A DNA stretch of 49,322 nucleotides from a virus (Duplodnaviria; Caudoviricetes), in IMG/VR virus record IMGVR_UViG_3300016476_000832, positions 1 through 49,322 of that record; one strand, given 5' to 3'. How positions within the stretch are numbered: position 1 is the first letter of the stretch; each line of letters begins with the position of its first letter. The notes under the pieces are model-generated. The model saw nothing but the letters and a program-made list of their open reading frames with translations. It had not been told where the DNA came from and did no database searches. Made by a program: the position numbers and the translations under genes. Shown in pieces: positions 36,897 to 45,934 of this stretch.

Positions 36897-38009
36897 TTAG
36901 CTAGGGTCTTCCTCGGAAGCAATGATGTTGTCAATTGCTACGTCAGAGTTGTAGTTCATGTTTCCAGGAACGTTGTAGTCGGATCCACCTGCAGGCAAGC
37001 TGGTAACAGCAGTGTAGGTTGGAGCCTCGGTTGCGCTGTTGACAACAGTCACCTTAGCGCCACGAGAGACGTTGAAGGAGTTGATGTCAGCAGTGATTGC
37101 GTTAGAGGTGTAGCTAACGGTGTTTCCAGATACTCCACTAACTGGAACAGTAAACGTTCCATTGAGAGCAGGGTTAACGTTCTCGACCTTGATCTCGTCT
37201 CCAACAGCGATGTTAGGGTTAGCGCTGAAGGTAAGAGTTGCAAGGGTGTTAGCCAGAGTTGCTGCAGCGCTAACAACGTTAACAGTGCTTGGGTTGGTAG
37301 CAGTAGCGGAAGTGAAGTATACCTGTCCGGTTCCGTCAGTCCATGTGTAGAAGCCATTTAGACCGGTTGGAGCCCAGTCAGTGCGTGCATAAGAGTAAGG
37401 ACGCTCTGCAGCAACAGGGAACTCCCAGCGGCCGTCAGGACCAGCCTGGAAGCTTGGGTTTCCAAGACCGTAGCCCTCGAAAGTGTTGGCCATTAGGCCG
37501 TTCTCGATCACACGGTCACCAGATTGACGCATCTTCACGAATGGGAAGATCCAGTGGAAGTAAGGAAGCACTGCTGCCTTCTTTCCGTTCTTGATCGCGT
37601 GTGACCATACCTCTAGGGCAACACCGTTACCAGCAGGGTCGTCACCAACGCCAGGAGCAGCCCAACCAATTGACTTGTTGTCTGGGTTCTGTGCAGTTCC
37701 TAGGTTCTTGCGAAGAAGCAGACCACCCGAGATCAGAGCGGAAAGCTCTGGGTCTGGCTCACAAATAGCGAGCTCCATGGTGATACGCTTTAGGGTGTCT
37801 GGGGCCTTGTATGTTACGCATACAACACCGTTGGCACCCTTCTCAGTGATTTCGTCGCCTTCCTCATATTCAGGAGTAAACGAAACCCTCATGAACGCGG
37901 AAGTGGTGTATGAGTCACCAGGTCCCGTCATTAGGTTACCAGCAGCATCTAGGCGGGTGACACGGATCGACACACCCTGAATGCTGGCTGCATATTCTTG
38001 AGTAGCCAT
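36897..38009 (-). CDS. major tail protein with C-terminal accessory domain
   Basis: RVTRLD..G, EYEEGDEITEK.ANG.VC, C..DP motifs. AGGAG RBS. Confidence 0.88.
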   Translation of the reverse strand: MATQEYAASIQGVSIRVTRLDAAGNLMTGPGDSYTTSAFMRVSFTPEYEEGDEITEKGANGVVCVTYKAPDTLKRITMELAICEPDPELSALISGGLLLRKNLGTAQNPDNKSIGWAAPGVGDDPAGNGVALEVWSHAIKNGKKAAVLPYFHWIFPFVKMRQSGDRVIENGLMANTFEGYGLGNPSFQAGPDGRWEFPVAAERPYSYARTDWAPTGLNGFYTWTDGTGQVYFTSATATNPSTVNVVSAAATLANTLATLTFSANPNIAVGDEIKVENVNPALNGTFTVPVSGVSGNTVSYTSNAITADINSFNVSRGAKVTVVNSATEAPTYTAVTSLPAGGSDYNVPGNMNYNSDVAIDNIIASEEDPS

Positions 38010-38034
38010 CTAGCTATTCTCCTTATTTCTTAAC

Positions 38035-38910
38035 TTAAGCTGTTAGGTCAACCCGAACAGCGAGGTGGATGGATGTGTCAAAGTAAACCGCAGCCGGGCG
38101 GATTGCTTTGAGTCTCATGTCATTTGCGTTTCCAGACACATCGTAAGCTTGGCTTAGATTGTCGTTTACGACATCGACGTTGCCGAGATATACTCGAACA
38201 GTGCCGGTGGCGTACATCCATTTATTGGTGTCTGAAGCGGTTGCACCAGAGGCACCATCTGGGCCAACACCAGAGTAGCCATTGCCAACTACTACTGGAG
38301 TGCCGCCCAAAGTCTGTAGGTGCTCTTTTTCCTTGTCGTGGAAAAGCATGTTCGAGTTGCTTGAAAGAAGGGCAGCAACGTCGCGAGTGATGTGGATTAG
38401 GCCCTGCTCGCCAAATTGAGAGGCCTGCGCGATTCCCTGCTCGAGTAGTGCTAGAGCACGCTTTGGTGAGTAGGCCGTACCTCCACCAAGAATAGTGGCG
38501 GAAGCATCAGAAAGAGCTAAATTGTCGTGGCCCTCACCCTTACGAACACCACCATCCCACAGCTCTTGCTCTATAGCCTTCTGGGAGCCAGCCTCGATCT
38601 GTCTGGTGATCCTAGCAATTCGATCGAGAGCTAAAAATCCAAAAGTAGATACGTCTTCAGTAGCTTCAATGAAAAAAGGCTTAATTCTTGTGTGTCTAAC
38701 AGGGTTAGCCCTAGTCGCAACAACATCTACAGTAGTGTCAGTGTCGTCCCAGTTTACGAGATTGCTTACTTCTGTTTCCCACTCTTGGGAAAATCCTCTA
38801 ATCCAGCGGTCCTCATCAGCTGAGTTCTCTGGCTTAACTACAGCAAGTAGACCAAAAGCGGAGGGCACTACCTTTGGTGCCTCTACTACGCCGTTATTTG
38901 GGAAAGCCAT
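38035..38910 (-). CDS. second capsid protein (major capsid pentamer-type)
   Basis: Directly after the major capsid gene. FGLL, PF.IEA...ST, ALALLE, T.GGTPVVVGNGY, WMYATG.V.V match the pentamer-type protein of cluster-B-like actinophages. Confidence 0.7.
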   Translation of the reverse strand: MAFPNNGVVEAPKVVPSAFGLLAVVKPENSADEDRWIRGFSQEWETEVSNLVNWDDTDTTVDVVATRANPVRHTRIKPFFIEATEDVSTFGFLALDRIARITRQIEAGSQKAIEQELWDGGVRKGEGHDNLALSDASATILGGGTAYSPKRALALLEQGIAQASQFGEQGLIHITRDVAALLSSNSNMLFHDKEKEHLQTLGGTPVVVGNGYSGVGPDGASGATASDTNKWMYATGTVRVYLGNVDVVNDNLSQAYDVSGNANDMRLKAIRPAAVYFDTSIHLAVRVDLTA

Positions 38911-38943
38911 TTAAAATCCTAACTTAAAAGTTTTTTGTGGGGA

Positions 38944-38969
38944 GCCCCCGGGGCCGAAGCCCCGGGAGC
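38944..38969 (-). terminator. GC-rich hairpin with cUUCGg loop after major capsid gene
   Basis: CCCGGGGC-TTCG-GCCCCGGG on - strand. Confidence 0.72.
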
Positions 38970-38989
38970 CAACCCTATTTAGTTATGGT

Positions 38990-41041
38990 TTAGAGCTCGA
39001 TAGCAGCTGCAGTTGCGCCACCAGTGGTGTCGCGTAGAGCAGCAGCAACACCGTTGACGTTAACAGTCTGGGTGATTACTAGAGACTCAATACCTACCTT
39101 GGCGATACCCTCGAAGGTCTCAACGAACATCTTGTAGTCGTTGGTTCCAACTAGTGAGGAGTCGCGGATGATACCTAGGTCTAGAGTGCCACCGTCTAGG
39201 AACAAGAAGGTGCCCTCTGCGAAGAGGTACCACTTGAAGGTGTCTGGGAACTCTAGTAGGCCGGTTGCACCCTGTGCACCGAATACGTTCTGGTCTGGAG
39301 TAGCAACCATGTCAACGTTTAGAGAAGCAAGGTAGCCCTCGATCTCTGAACGGCTGACGTTTAGGGTGCCATCACCAGGCATTGCTACAGCCAAGTCAGC
39401 TGCCATTGCGTCAGCAACCCATGAAGGAATGAATGCCTTCAGGCGGGTGTCAACGGATAGGCGGTGACGTGAACGGTAAGCAGCAGCTGCCTTACGAACG
39501 GTGACCAGGAAGTCACGGCCAAAGCCGATTAGGGTGCCGGAGGTAACTGCAGTTGAGCCGCTCTCGATCTTGCCGAGCAGGTACTGCTCTGCCTCACGAG
39601 CGTGCTGTACTAGAGCTAGCTCGTTGTGGCGAGCAATCAACTCTGGGTAAGCGCGGGTCATCAGGTTACCAAACTGTAGCTGTAGGGTTACAGCGTCAGT
39701 TACAGCAACGTTCTCCTGGGCTGCAGATACGGTCAGAGAGGTCTTGCTCGAAGGAGAAGGGGTCTCAGCTGAGTCGTTAGCTGCGGTCCAAACGCCAACA
39801 GCGTTAGCGTAGGAGCCATCTGCGAAAGATGGTGGGGTTACGAAACGAACACCACCGCGGTCAGCCTGGAACTTAGGTAGAGCGTCGCGCACTGGACGAG
39901 CAGTGGTTGAGCCGATACCGTAAATGTCATACTTGACCTCGACTGGGGCAGCGTGTCCACCGGAAGCAACAAGTGCCTCGCGGCCTACAACGCCCTCAAT
40001 CTTTGCGGCGTTCTCTAGTGGGTCGGTACCGAGGAAACGAGTCTCTGGGTACTGGGTTGAGAAGGATGCAACAATGTGCTGCTCTCCGTCTCCACCGTTG
40101 ACGCGGCGAAGAGAGTGTAGTCTCTTCTCCATAAGCTGAGCTACCTCAGCCATGTCCTTTACTGGGCTTCCCGCGCTGTATCCAGGGATGTCAGCACCAG
40201 CAGTGATTGCCACTGGAGCCTCGGTTACCTGAACTACAGGCTGACGGTCGGCTGGTGCCTCGAAAGGCTGTTCAGCTGCAGCGGTCACTGCCTGCTCCTT
40301 CTGCTCTTCTACAAGAGCGGTTGATGTTTCGATAGTTTCGTTTGAAGAAAGCTCTGCGGCCTCTTCGTTTGTGGTTGATAGTTCAGAACCGTCTTCTTGA
40401 TCGGTTGATGCTTCTAGGGCTGCCTCGGCCTCAACAACAGTCTCATCGACTGATGCCTCTGCCTCGACTGGAGCCTCTGCAACGGTCTCGCTTACAGAAA
40501 TTTCTGCAGATACATCTGCTGAAAATTCTGCATCTGCGACCGATGCCTCCGGAGCTGCGTCAGTAACAGCCTCAGGAGTAGACTCCTCCTCAGAAGCGGA
40601 TGCTGCGATAGTCTCATCTACAGACATTTCTTCTTCTTTCTTGTCTTCTTCTTCGGTTTCTACCTCTGCTGGCTCTTCTGTCTCAGGTGCCTCAACCTCA
40701 GGTGCCTCTTCGGCAACCGGGGTCTCCTCTACCTGCTCCATTGGCTCGTCTTCGGTCATAGCCATTTCCTCTCCATTGTCGCCTGCTGCACCCTTGACGC
40801 GAGCAGTAGCTTCAGCTGCCTTAGCAGCAAGCTCTGCTGCTAGAGCTTCACGGCGAGAAAGCTCGCCACGAACAATGTCAAGTGAGTCGGCAAGTGACGT
40901 CATAGCATCAACTGTCTCAAGAGTAGGGTCTTCGCCCTCAACCATCTCAAACTGGCTGATAATCTCTGACTGTAGCTCGGCGATCTGCTCGTCGCTCAGC
41001 TCAGAGATAGTATCAAGCTGAGTTTTAATCTGGTCGTACAC
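38990..41041 (-). CDS. major capsid (hexamer-type) protein with N-terminal acidic scaffold-like region
   Basis: GGAGG RBS before GTG 41041. Coiled coil and E/A-rich region, then ALVASGG..AP....YD...LP.FQ..RGG.RF and LDLGIIRDS.L...NDY.MF.E.FE. Confidence 0.9.
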   Translation of the reverse strand: MYDQIKTQLDTISELSDEQIAELQSEIISQFEMVEGEDPTLETVDAMTSLADSLDIVRGELSRREALAAELAAKAAEATARVKGAAGDNGEEMAMTEDEPMEQVEETPVAEEAPEVEAPETEEPAEVETEEEDKKEEEMSVDETIAASASEEESTPEAVTDAAPEASVADAEFSADVSAEISVSETVAEAPVEAEASVDETVVEAEAALEASTDQEDGSELSTTNEEAAELSSNETIETSTALVEEQKEQAVTAAAEQPFEAPADRQPVVQVTEAPVAITAGADIPGYSAGSPVKDMAEVAQLMEKRLHSLRRVNGGDGEQHIVASFSTQYPETRFLGTDPLENAAKIEGVVGREALVASGGHAAPVEVKYDIYGIGSTTARPVRDALPKFQADRGGVRFVTPPSFADGSYANAVGVWTAANDSAETPSPSSKTSLTVSAAQENVAVTDAVTLQLQFGNLMTRAYPELIARHNELALVQHAREAEQYLLGKIESGSTAVTSGTLIGFGRDFLVTVRKAAAAYRSRHRLSVDTRLKAFIPSWVADAMAADLAVAMPGDGTLNVSRSEIEGYLASLNVDMVATPDQNVFGAQGATGLLEFPDTFKWYLFAEGTFLFLDGGTLDLGIIRDSSLVGTNDYKMFVETFEGIAKVGIESLVITQTVNVNGVAAALRDTTGGATAAAIEL

Positions 41042-41145
41042 TGTACCTCCTAGGCCAGTTAGTAGTGGACGCATTTACGTCCGGTTTTTCAGTCAAGGCC
41101 GAGGGACTCAACGCAACAAGGCGTGAGGCGCTCCACCTAGGGATA

Positions 41146-41153
41146 ATTTTACC
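41146..41153 (-). promoter_or_regulatory. GGTAAAAT motif upstream of major capsid gene
   Basis: ATTTTACC on +, about 105 nt upstream of the GTG start. Confidence 0.55.
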
Positions 41154-41160
41154 TTATTTT

Positions 41161-44100
41161 TTAGGTAAGGAGTCGGAGTAGCTTGCTCATCTCAGATTGG
41201 ATCTCTCCCTGAGAGTAAACATCTGCTCCGGACATGTAGGACTTCAGACTCTTTGTGGCGATATCTGCGTCCTCTTTACCGATCTTGGCCTCGACTCTGG
41301 TTATCATCTGCTCAATTAGATCCTTGAGTCCGACCGGTAGATCGCTAAATCTAAGTTTTGAAGACTCTTTTCCGAATGGTAGCGGTAGGTTAGCAATGGT
41401 CTTGCCCAACTCTGCCGCACTCAAACGGACGTTCTCCAAAGATCTAGGGTTTAGTGCCTTAGCATCAATTCTATCAATCATGTCTAGAAGCTCACTGCTT
41501 GCCTTTGCTGATTTGGCGTAGTCACCTGCAAAGTCAAGGTTCTCGGCCTCTTCGACCTTCTTGAGTGCACGAGAGAGCCCTGCAACGCCTAGATCCTGCT
41601 TTAGGCGAGCTAGAACCTTGCGGTACTTACCTTTAGCATCACGAGGCTGGTTTACACCAGAAACATACTTAGGTCTACCGTCTTCATCTCTTTCGACTGG
41701 CTTTCCTTTATTAGCTTTAACCTCTTCAGCGGCCTTGATCTCTTCCTCGGTTTGCTTGTCAGCTTCTTCTTTTGCCTTACGAAGCTTCTCCAGCTCCTCG
41801 TCCGAGATCTCTTCTACTTTTGGGCCAGCAGCCACCACCGCCTCAGATGCAGCTTTAGCTAACTTCCTCATAGTAAATGCTTTACGCTCTAGCTCTAAGT
41901 TGGCCATCTCTTTCCACTGCTCTGGGATTAGCTTCCACTGACCTAGCTTACGAGCCTGCTTCATGATGTGCTTACGAACTTCGCGACGCTCTGATGCTTT
42001 TGCGCGGCCGTATGCTTGAATAGCATTCTTTAGATCTTCAACGTTGCGAATTGGGTAGGCACCATCTGGCATAGCCTTGCCTTCTTTGGCTAGAGACATA
42101 CGCTCTTCCTCAGAAATCTTTGCCATCTCTGCTAGTGCAGCAGTTAGAGCTGCCTTCTCTCGCATTCTCTCTGCGCTAGCAGTTAAAGATTGCATGTTAG
42201 ATGCGCGGAGCTTCTTCTTGGCTTCCTTGACTCTTGACTTTAGATCTGGAGCAGTAGCTGCCAACTCTCCAAGCATTTCTGCCTTGGTGGATAGTGCGCA
42301 TGCAGCGCCAGAGCACTTCATCATAGCTAGGTAGCTGGCACCAGCTGCAACTAGAGCTAGAACCTTACCGGAAGCAATCATCGCACGGGCAGTTGGGAAT
42401 CCTGGAACGTTTACCTGGCAGATAGCAACAAGCTCAAGGGAGCCATTGATTGGACGCCAGTCGCCTGAAGGAGCAGATGCACGAAGAGCGCGGATCTGAA
42501 GCTCATCTAGGTTTGGTCGTAGCGATCCTGCACACCAAATACCGTACTGGTCCTCACCGACGTGGATGTCAGCCACAGCTGAGGCAGTGTCGTCGTAATG
42601 CTTTGCAGCAGATGCTGCATCAACATTTAGAGGAGCATGTCCGCCAGCCAGTGTTAGTTGACCTACTGGAACATCCGTACCATCTTCGCAGCGGATTACT
42701 CCAGTGTGGAAGTAAGCATACTTGCTACGCGAGCGTGGTGGCTTGGTTGCGCGTGGGAGACCAATGTGGTTGACATTCCAAGCGGCAATGTGGCCATAAA
42801 CACGACCATCATCTGTGACAGTTAGCGGAGTAGGTCCAGTCAGCTGAGGGTACTTAAACCAGTCTGCTGGCGGGGTCATAGGAATTTCAGACTTAAGGAA
42901 GCCTGATGCTAGGATCGGCTCTACATCAGAAAAGTCTTCTAAAGACTCCTCATAGATTCCATCTTCTGGGGTCACGTTTTCCTCCTGATCCCCCTCATTT
43001 TGCAGCGAAATAGCGCATTCTTGGAATGCAGGCTTAGCTACAATTGTAGCAGCCATTATTCTTGCCTTATTTATGGTAAGTTTATCCTTACCCAAGGTTT
43101 CTCCATCTTCAGAGTTTTCGGTCTTCGCTGGCTTATCTTCTTTTGCCTCGAACTGATCTAAATCTACAGAAACTCCTCTTAGGAACCCGTGACGAACTAG
43201 ACGCTCTGCCTCTCTACCATAAGGTCCAGTATCGAAAACTCCATAGGCATTGCCCATGCCGCCCTCGATGCGCTCGATGTAGTCAATGCGGCCGACTACA
43301 ACGGACCCATCGTGACCCTGACCAGTTTTGATCTGCCAGAGTAGCGGTACAGGTAAGTCCCTGATAGAAATAGCACCAGACTTAAACTTACGTCCGTCCC
43401 CAGATTCCACCTCTTCCGGGACCAGCATAGGGATAAAGAATCTAGCACCCTCCTTAGCTGGAGGAGCAGCAGCAATTAGAGCAACTTTTTGCCTTACCTC
43501 TGCAAATTTAGCTGTTACCTCTGCTTTTTGGATCATAAGCTGAGTAAATTGCTCTTCATTAGAGAAATTAAGGGAGGCAGAGGCTCTAACACTCTTTTTT
43601 CTACCTGGATTTAGCTTGCTTCCAGTGTAGACACCAGTAGCTTCCTTGTGACGAAGCTGGCAATAGCCCTTCGCACGGGGTCCCATATACTTAGAAAGCT
43701 GACGAACGCAGCGGGTCCAGTCACCAGGGGTGCCCCAGCGAATCTTGGCAGCGCCCTTACCGCGGGTCCAGTAGCGACGAAGTGCTTCAGCGTTTCCGCG
43801 GTTACGGTCTAGGCCACCAGCAGCAATAATCGCGTTGTCAATGTCTCCAGTAGACGCAAACCACAATCTCATTAGAGCTGATGCAGCAACAGCATTGGCC
43901 TTTGCCTCTAGCCCATCTACCTCAATTAAAACATCATTTAGTGCAGTCTTTGGGAGTTCTACGACTGGCGGTGGGGCAGGGGATCTTAGATCACTAAGAA
44001 TCTGTGGGTCTGGTACCCACTTCTTGTCTTGACGCTTATATGTTACTGGCTGAGTGCTACTTGCAGAAGCCGGGACGATTGCAACCAAATCCATTACAGC

Positions 44101-45726
44101 CTGGACATCGTCAGGGGATACAATGGCTAGATACTTAATTACGTCAGCGGTATCTGGAGTCATCTGCTCTTCTTTAGCAGATGCCAGTATGGATAGATCC
44201 ATACCATAACGCTTCTTCATGTAGTCGCGATCAATCTTGGTGATACCCTTACCGCGATACTGCTTAGGAATATCCTTATCCTCGAAAAGCTTGTATTTCC
44301 TTTGAGATGCAACCCACGCAGGCCAGTCGTTCATCATTTGCTGAACTTCTTTTTGTCCTAGTGGAGGTAGGGTTCCAGAAAGTCTAGCCTTAGCTCCAGA
44401 TGGGGTTCTTGGCTCACCTAAAATTCCAGATAGATCAAGCGGAGCATTAGATCTAGGGACCATAGTTGGACCATCAAAATCTGCCTCGGACCTTAGGTAA
44501 TTGGGGGCAACCGAAATCATTTTGCCGCTGTCTAAGCGGAAATTGATTTTGTTTTTGTCGTAGTCAATCGAATCGATTGTTCCGCTACCTCTACCAGGGT
44601 CGTTCCCTACAACGGCTCGGCTTCCTACTTTAATAAACTTTCCGCCAGCATCTCTCGGCTGCGTCTCGGCCTTCTCGGATAGAAATTCTGGATCGAGTTT
44701 TCCATCTCCGTCTTTGTCGGCTTTTGATGCAGGAGCCGCAGCGGTCATGGGGTCTCCGCCCAAAGCCATGACGCGATCAACTAGCTCCCAGTCCTCTTCT
44801 GGTAGGCCTTGCTTAGCTAGGAAGTGCTCTTCTTCATCCAGCTCCTCGATGGTGACCTTCACGTTAGGATCTACAGATAGTTTGGATGCAATTAACATAG
44901 CAGAGTCAACATCTACTACAACGTGAGTGCATTCGGGACTGTGGCCTTCATCCAACTCATAGTCATATTTCCAGATATTGGCGTCAACATTTCCCATGTC
45001 ATCCCAGATGTTGTCGTCCCAAACATAGACTTCACCATCTGCTTCGATCTTATATAGACGGTCAATCCCAGAGCCATCCATGTGGATTCGAACCATAAAC
45101 TCTGGTCCGTACCCCTCTTCAAGTTCGTATGCTGCCCTAAATGAGTCTACATATCCAGAAGCTCTAACAGCTTTTTCTTTTTTATTTTCGCGCTCAACAA
45201 TTGCAGAGGCCCAGCGCTTAGCTGCGTCGCCACCCCAAAGTGCCCAGGCAATACGACCATTTGATGGGAAGTTGTCTTCGCCTGGAGCCCAGCCCTTACC
45301 CTTCTTGTCAACTTCGTGACGAGGGAAGTACTTGGCAATGTGACGAACTTTTTCAATTCCAATTTGTCCACCCTTAGCAAGGGTTCTGGCAGTGTTGAGC
45401 CCTACAGACGTGCCACCACGCTTGTGCTCTTTTCTCCACTCCAAAGCTTTTTTTGCTTCTTTTTGTACACCCTCTGGAATGCTATACATACGCCGGCCAG
45501 ATGAGACTGCAAAGTCTTTAAGTTCGTGTGACTCCAGAGCTAGATCACATAGGCGAGCCTGTCCATCGCTCAAAGGGGTGTCTGCGTTGTTCCAGTCAGT
45601 AAAAGAAATAAGCCCCTGGGGGGCACCTGAAGCGACAATAAGATCGAGTTCAGTGTTTAGGACGACAGCATAGCTATCATTTCCATACAGCGCTAGATTA
45701 GCGTTGCGTCCTAGAAGAATATTCAT
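41161..45726 (-). CDS. large multidomain capsid maturation protease protein
   Basis: Central protease-like domain (SGDGR.F, P.PLLWQ, GHDG..VVGRI, GVSVDLD), several other phage head-associated modules, located directly upstream of the capsid gene. Confidence 0.85.
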   Translation of the reverse strand: MNILLGRNANLALYGNDSYAVVLNTELDLIVASGAPQGLISFTDWNNADTPLSDGQARLCDLALESHELKDFAVSSGRRMYSIPEGVQKEAKKALEWRKEHKRGGTSVGLNTARTLAKGGQIGIEKVRHIAKYFPRHEVDKKGKGWAPGEDNFPSNGRIAWALWGGDAAKRWASAIVERENKKEKAVRASGYVDSFRAAYELEEGYGPEFMVRIHMDGSGIDRLYKIEADGEVYVWDDNIWDDMGNVDANIWKYDYELDEGHSPECTHVVVDVDSAMLIASKLSVDPNVKVTIEELDEEEHFLAKQGLPEEDWELVDRVMALGGDPMTAAAPASKADKDGDGKLDPEFLSEKAETQPRDAGGKFIKVGSRAVVGNDPGRGSGTIDSIDYDKNKINFRLDSGKMISVAPNYLRSEADFDGPTMVPRSNAPLDLSGILGEPRTPSGAKARLSGTLPPLGQKEVQQMMNDWPAWVASQRKYKLFEDKDIPKQYRGKGITKIDRDYMKKRYGMDLSILASAKEEQMTPDTADVIKYLAIVSPDDVQAVMDLVAIVPASASSTQPVTYKRQDKKWVPDPQILSDLRSPAPPPVVELPKTALNDVLIEVDGLEAKANAVAASALMRLWFASTGDIDNAIIAAGGLDRNRGNAEALRRYWTRGKGAAKIRWGTPGDWTRCVRQLSKYMGPRAKGYCQLRHKEATGVYTGSKLNPGRKKSVRASASLNFSNEEQFTQLMIQKAEVTAKFAEVRQKVALIAAAPPAKEGARFFIPMLVPEEVESGDGRKFKSGAISIRDLPVPLLWQIKTGQGHDGSVVVGRIDYIERIEGGMGNAYGVFDTGPYGREAERLVRHGFLRGVSVDLDQFEAKEDKPAKTENSEDGETLGKDKLTINKARIMAATIVAKPAFQECAISLQNEGDQEENVTPEDGIYEESLEDFSDVEPILASGFLKSEIPMTPPADWFKYPQLTGPTPLTVTDDGRVYGHIAAWNVNHIGLPRATKPPRSRSKYAYFHTGVIRCEDGTDVPVGQLTLAGGHAPLNVDAASAAKHYDDTASAVADIHVGEDQYGIWCAGSLRPNLDELQIRALRASAPSGDWRPINGSLELVAICQVNVPGFPTARAMIASGKVLALVAAGASYLAMMKCSGAACALSTKAEMLGELAATAPDLKSRVKEAKKKLRASNMQSLTASAERMREKAALTAALAEMAKISEEERMSLAKEGKAMPDGAYPIRNVEDLKNAIQAYGRAKASERREVRKHIMKQARKLGQWKLIPEQWKEMANLELERKAFTMRKLAKAASEAVVAAGPKVEEISDEELEKLRKAKEEADKQTEEEIKAAEEVKANKGKPVERDEDGRPKYVSGVNQPRDAKGKYRKVLARLKQDLGVAGLSRALKKVEEAENLDFAGDYAKSAKASSELLDMIDRIDAKALNPRSLENVRLSAAELGKTIANLPLPFGKESSKLRFSDLPVGLKDLIEQMITRVEAKIGKEDADIATKSLKSYMSGADVYSQGEIQSEMSKLLRLLT

Positions 45727-45760
45727 TGAGCAGATCCTAGTTCATATAGAGGACACAATA

Positions 45761-45768
45761 ATTTTACC
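45761..45768 (-). promoter_or_regulatory. GGTAAAAT motif upstream of protease gene
   Basis: ATTTTACC on +, 35 nt upstream of ATG 45726. Confidence 0.55.
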
Positions 45769-45787
45769 CTATAACAACTATATGTGT

Positions 45788-45934
45788 TTATTTAGCGGGC
45801 TCTTCTGTGTCGTCGTCGATCTCATTTGTAGGATTACCTACAATTTTTGCCAATAAAACCCAGTATTCCGGGTCATCCTGAGTGTATCCGCCAAGAGTCT
45901 CAATGCTGAGCTTGGGCTTATTTTCTTCAGCCAT
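45788..45934 (-). CDS. small acidic protein (48 aa, not in ORF track)
   Basis: MAEENKPKLSIETLGGYTQDDPEYWVLLAKIVGNP...; TAATG-coupled to the ArdC ORF. Confidence 0.65.
   Translation of the reverse strand: MAEENKPKLSIETLGGYTQDDPEYWVLLAKIVGNPTNEIDDDTEEPAK

Noticed and set aside
25114-45673. Many + strand ORFs across the structural region
   Set aside because: They are antisense shadows of well-supported - strand genes.
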